A DNA stretch of 64,000 bases from Azolla caroliniana (lineage: Eukaryota; Plantae; Polypodiophyta), in NCBI GenBank assembly GCA_043228905.1, contig JBHGNT010000020.1, positions 62,001 to 126,000 of the forward strand, given 5' to 3'. Shown piece after piece: positions 62,041 through 64,000 of the stretch. The notes beneath the pieces are model-generated. The model did no database searches. It was not told the DNA's origin and saw only the letters and a list, made by a program, of their open reading frames with translations. The first letter of the stretch is position 1, and each line of letters starts with the position of its first letter. Position numbers and translations under genes: made by a program.

Positions 62041-64000
62041 TATACACCTCCAAGATCAAGGAGATTTGTGACTCCCTTGTCTCCGTCAACGTGAACGTCG
62101 AGGAGGACGAAATGGTGCAGGTTTGCCTCGGAGGGTTGGTGTCGAAGTTCGGAGCATTCCGAATGGCGGTCTGCACGAGGGAGAATACGCCTTCATTTTT
62201 CGAGCTACAATCGATGTTAGTCGTAGAAGAAAACCACTCGGGTGCATCAACGAGTACGCACACCAACAAGAAGATGTTGTACACAGAGGCGGATCGGCCC
62301 CATGGTCGTGGTGGACGAGGCGGGTCGGCGCACAATGGAGGCGACCGACAGGAGTAGAACTCGAGCCATAATCGAAATGCCGACATTAGTTCTGGACCCT
62401 CCACGAGTAGGGGGAGTGAAGGCGGCGTCGAAGGTCGGCAAGGAAAGGTCGCGATGTACTGTTGGTATTGTGTAGAAGGGCCACACAAAGAGCGAGTGCT
62501 GGAAAAAGCGAGCCGATTCGAACAAAGCCGGATTGAGCCGAGGAGACGCAGATAGGCGTCAAAGATCGCACTACGCCGAAGGCTCAGGGCGAGCCGAAAC
62601 GGGCCCAGCCTTCGTAATGAAGCACAACGCCAACTCGATGGCGGCGAGCACCTCAAGGTCGAACGAGGCGTGGTATGTGGATTCGGGTGCATCGAACCAC
62701 ATGACGAATCACAAGGAGTGGTTCTCAACTCTGGAGAAGACGAAGCAATCGGGGGTCGTCGAAACTGGCGATGACACCCCTCACCCCATCGAACATATTA
62801 GAGATGTCCATTTGAGCCATGTCGATTAGAGAGGAATAATGAGAAATGTCTCGCATGTGCCAACAATCACCAAGAACTTTGTGTTGGTTGGACAAATTGT
62901 CAACCAGAGCATGCAAGTTCGATTTACTCACCACGGGTGTTTCATAGAGGATGAAGGTAAGATCATCGCGCAAGGGCACCAAGACGAGAGGATGTTTATC
63001 CTCGAAATGAATGACGTATGCACCACTATGCTTGTGAAAGGTCAAAAGGACGTGTCGGACATCGACCTATGGCACAAGCTGTTCGGCCATGTCAACTTCC
63101 CCCGGCTTCGGAAGATGCAGACAAAGAACATCATTTTCGGCTTACCGAAAGGGCCAAGTCTACGAAGCCTACCAATTAGGGAAGCATCACCGATTTCCGT
63201 TCCCAAATGAGAGAAATCGGAGCCAAAACAGACTCGATTTAATCTATTCGGATGTATGGGGACCAACACAGAACGTGAGCATCGGTGGGAGCCGTTACTT
63301 TGTAACCTTCATCGATGACTTCACTCGGCATAGCTAGGCATGTCTGATCAAGAATAAAAGCGAAGTCTTCTCTTGCTTTCAAAGGTGAAGAGCCTTGCCA
63401 AACGGGAGACCGGTCCAAAGATCAAGTGCCCAAGGTCTGTTGGCGGAAAAGAGTACTTTTCCGACCAGTTCTCTAGCTATTTGCAGAAGGAGGGAATTTG
63501 ACGCGAATTCTCTTGCAGATACACACCGGAGCTGAACGGTGTGGCCAAGCGAAAGAATCTGACGATCGAGGAAGCGGCAAGGGCAATGCTCGAGGAGAAG
63601 CATATGCCGAAATTCTATTAGGCCGAAGCCGTTAGGACGGCAATATACCTGCAAAATCGGACTTCTGCAAATGGAGGAGTGTCTCCACACGAGCTGTACA
63701 TTGGGAAGAAGCCGAATTTGGCACACTTGAGGGTATTTGGTAGCATTGCATATGTGCATGTGCCAAAGGAAAAGCAGAGGAAGTCAGACGCGAAAGCCGA
63801 TAAGTGTATCTTGATCGGCTACTCGGATGAGCAGAAGGGTTGTAAGTGTTATAACCGTCGAACAAAAGATGTCCAAGTAAGCCAAGATATTGTTTTCGAC
63901 GAGTCGGTTTCGTGGTACTTGCCTTCACCTCCAATCCCCATCCACTCCATTCCGCATTCTGAGGAAGAGGCCAGTGAGGCCGAATTGCCCCTGGATGAGG
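62041..64000 (+). mobile_element. 5'-truncated degenerate copia (family A), gag to integrase, running off the window
   Basis: SKIKEICDSL, EEDEMVQVCLGGL, WYVDSGASNHMT, IYSDVWGP and KCILIGYS, homologous to 14870-16850; no LTR upstream. Confidence 0.93.

Overview
Eukaryotic nuclear DNA from a land plant, most plausibly a non-seed plant such as a moss (inferred from the retrotransposon types and gene style; the species cannot be determined here). About the first 23 kb is a nest of LTR retrotransposons: Ty1/copia and Ty3/gypsy copies, solo LTRs and one complete but stop-interrupted copia at 13988-19942 with TSD GAAAA. Three host genes could be reconstructed by hand: an intronless XERICO/RHA-like RING-H2 E3 ligase (29873-30502, +); an 11-exon periplasmic-binding-protein-like (CBA1-like) gene (49763->33497, -) whose 11.2-kb intron holds a whole copia, a nested chromovirus and nested solo LTRs; and a 7-exon ING1 PHD-finger gene (61523->55512, -). 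Most notable signals: (1) tRNA-like Pol III A/B boxes lying antisense within the LTR regions of three different element families; (2) Tf1-type self-priming signals with a palindrome over the predicted transcription start in two chromovirus families; (3) a -1 frameshift signal at one gag/pol junction; (4) a copia family with a duplicated PPT and a C-terminal Pol extension. All family assignments come from motif recognition, not from database searches.
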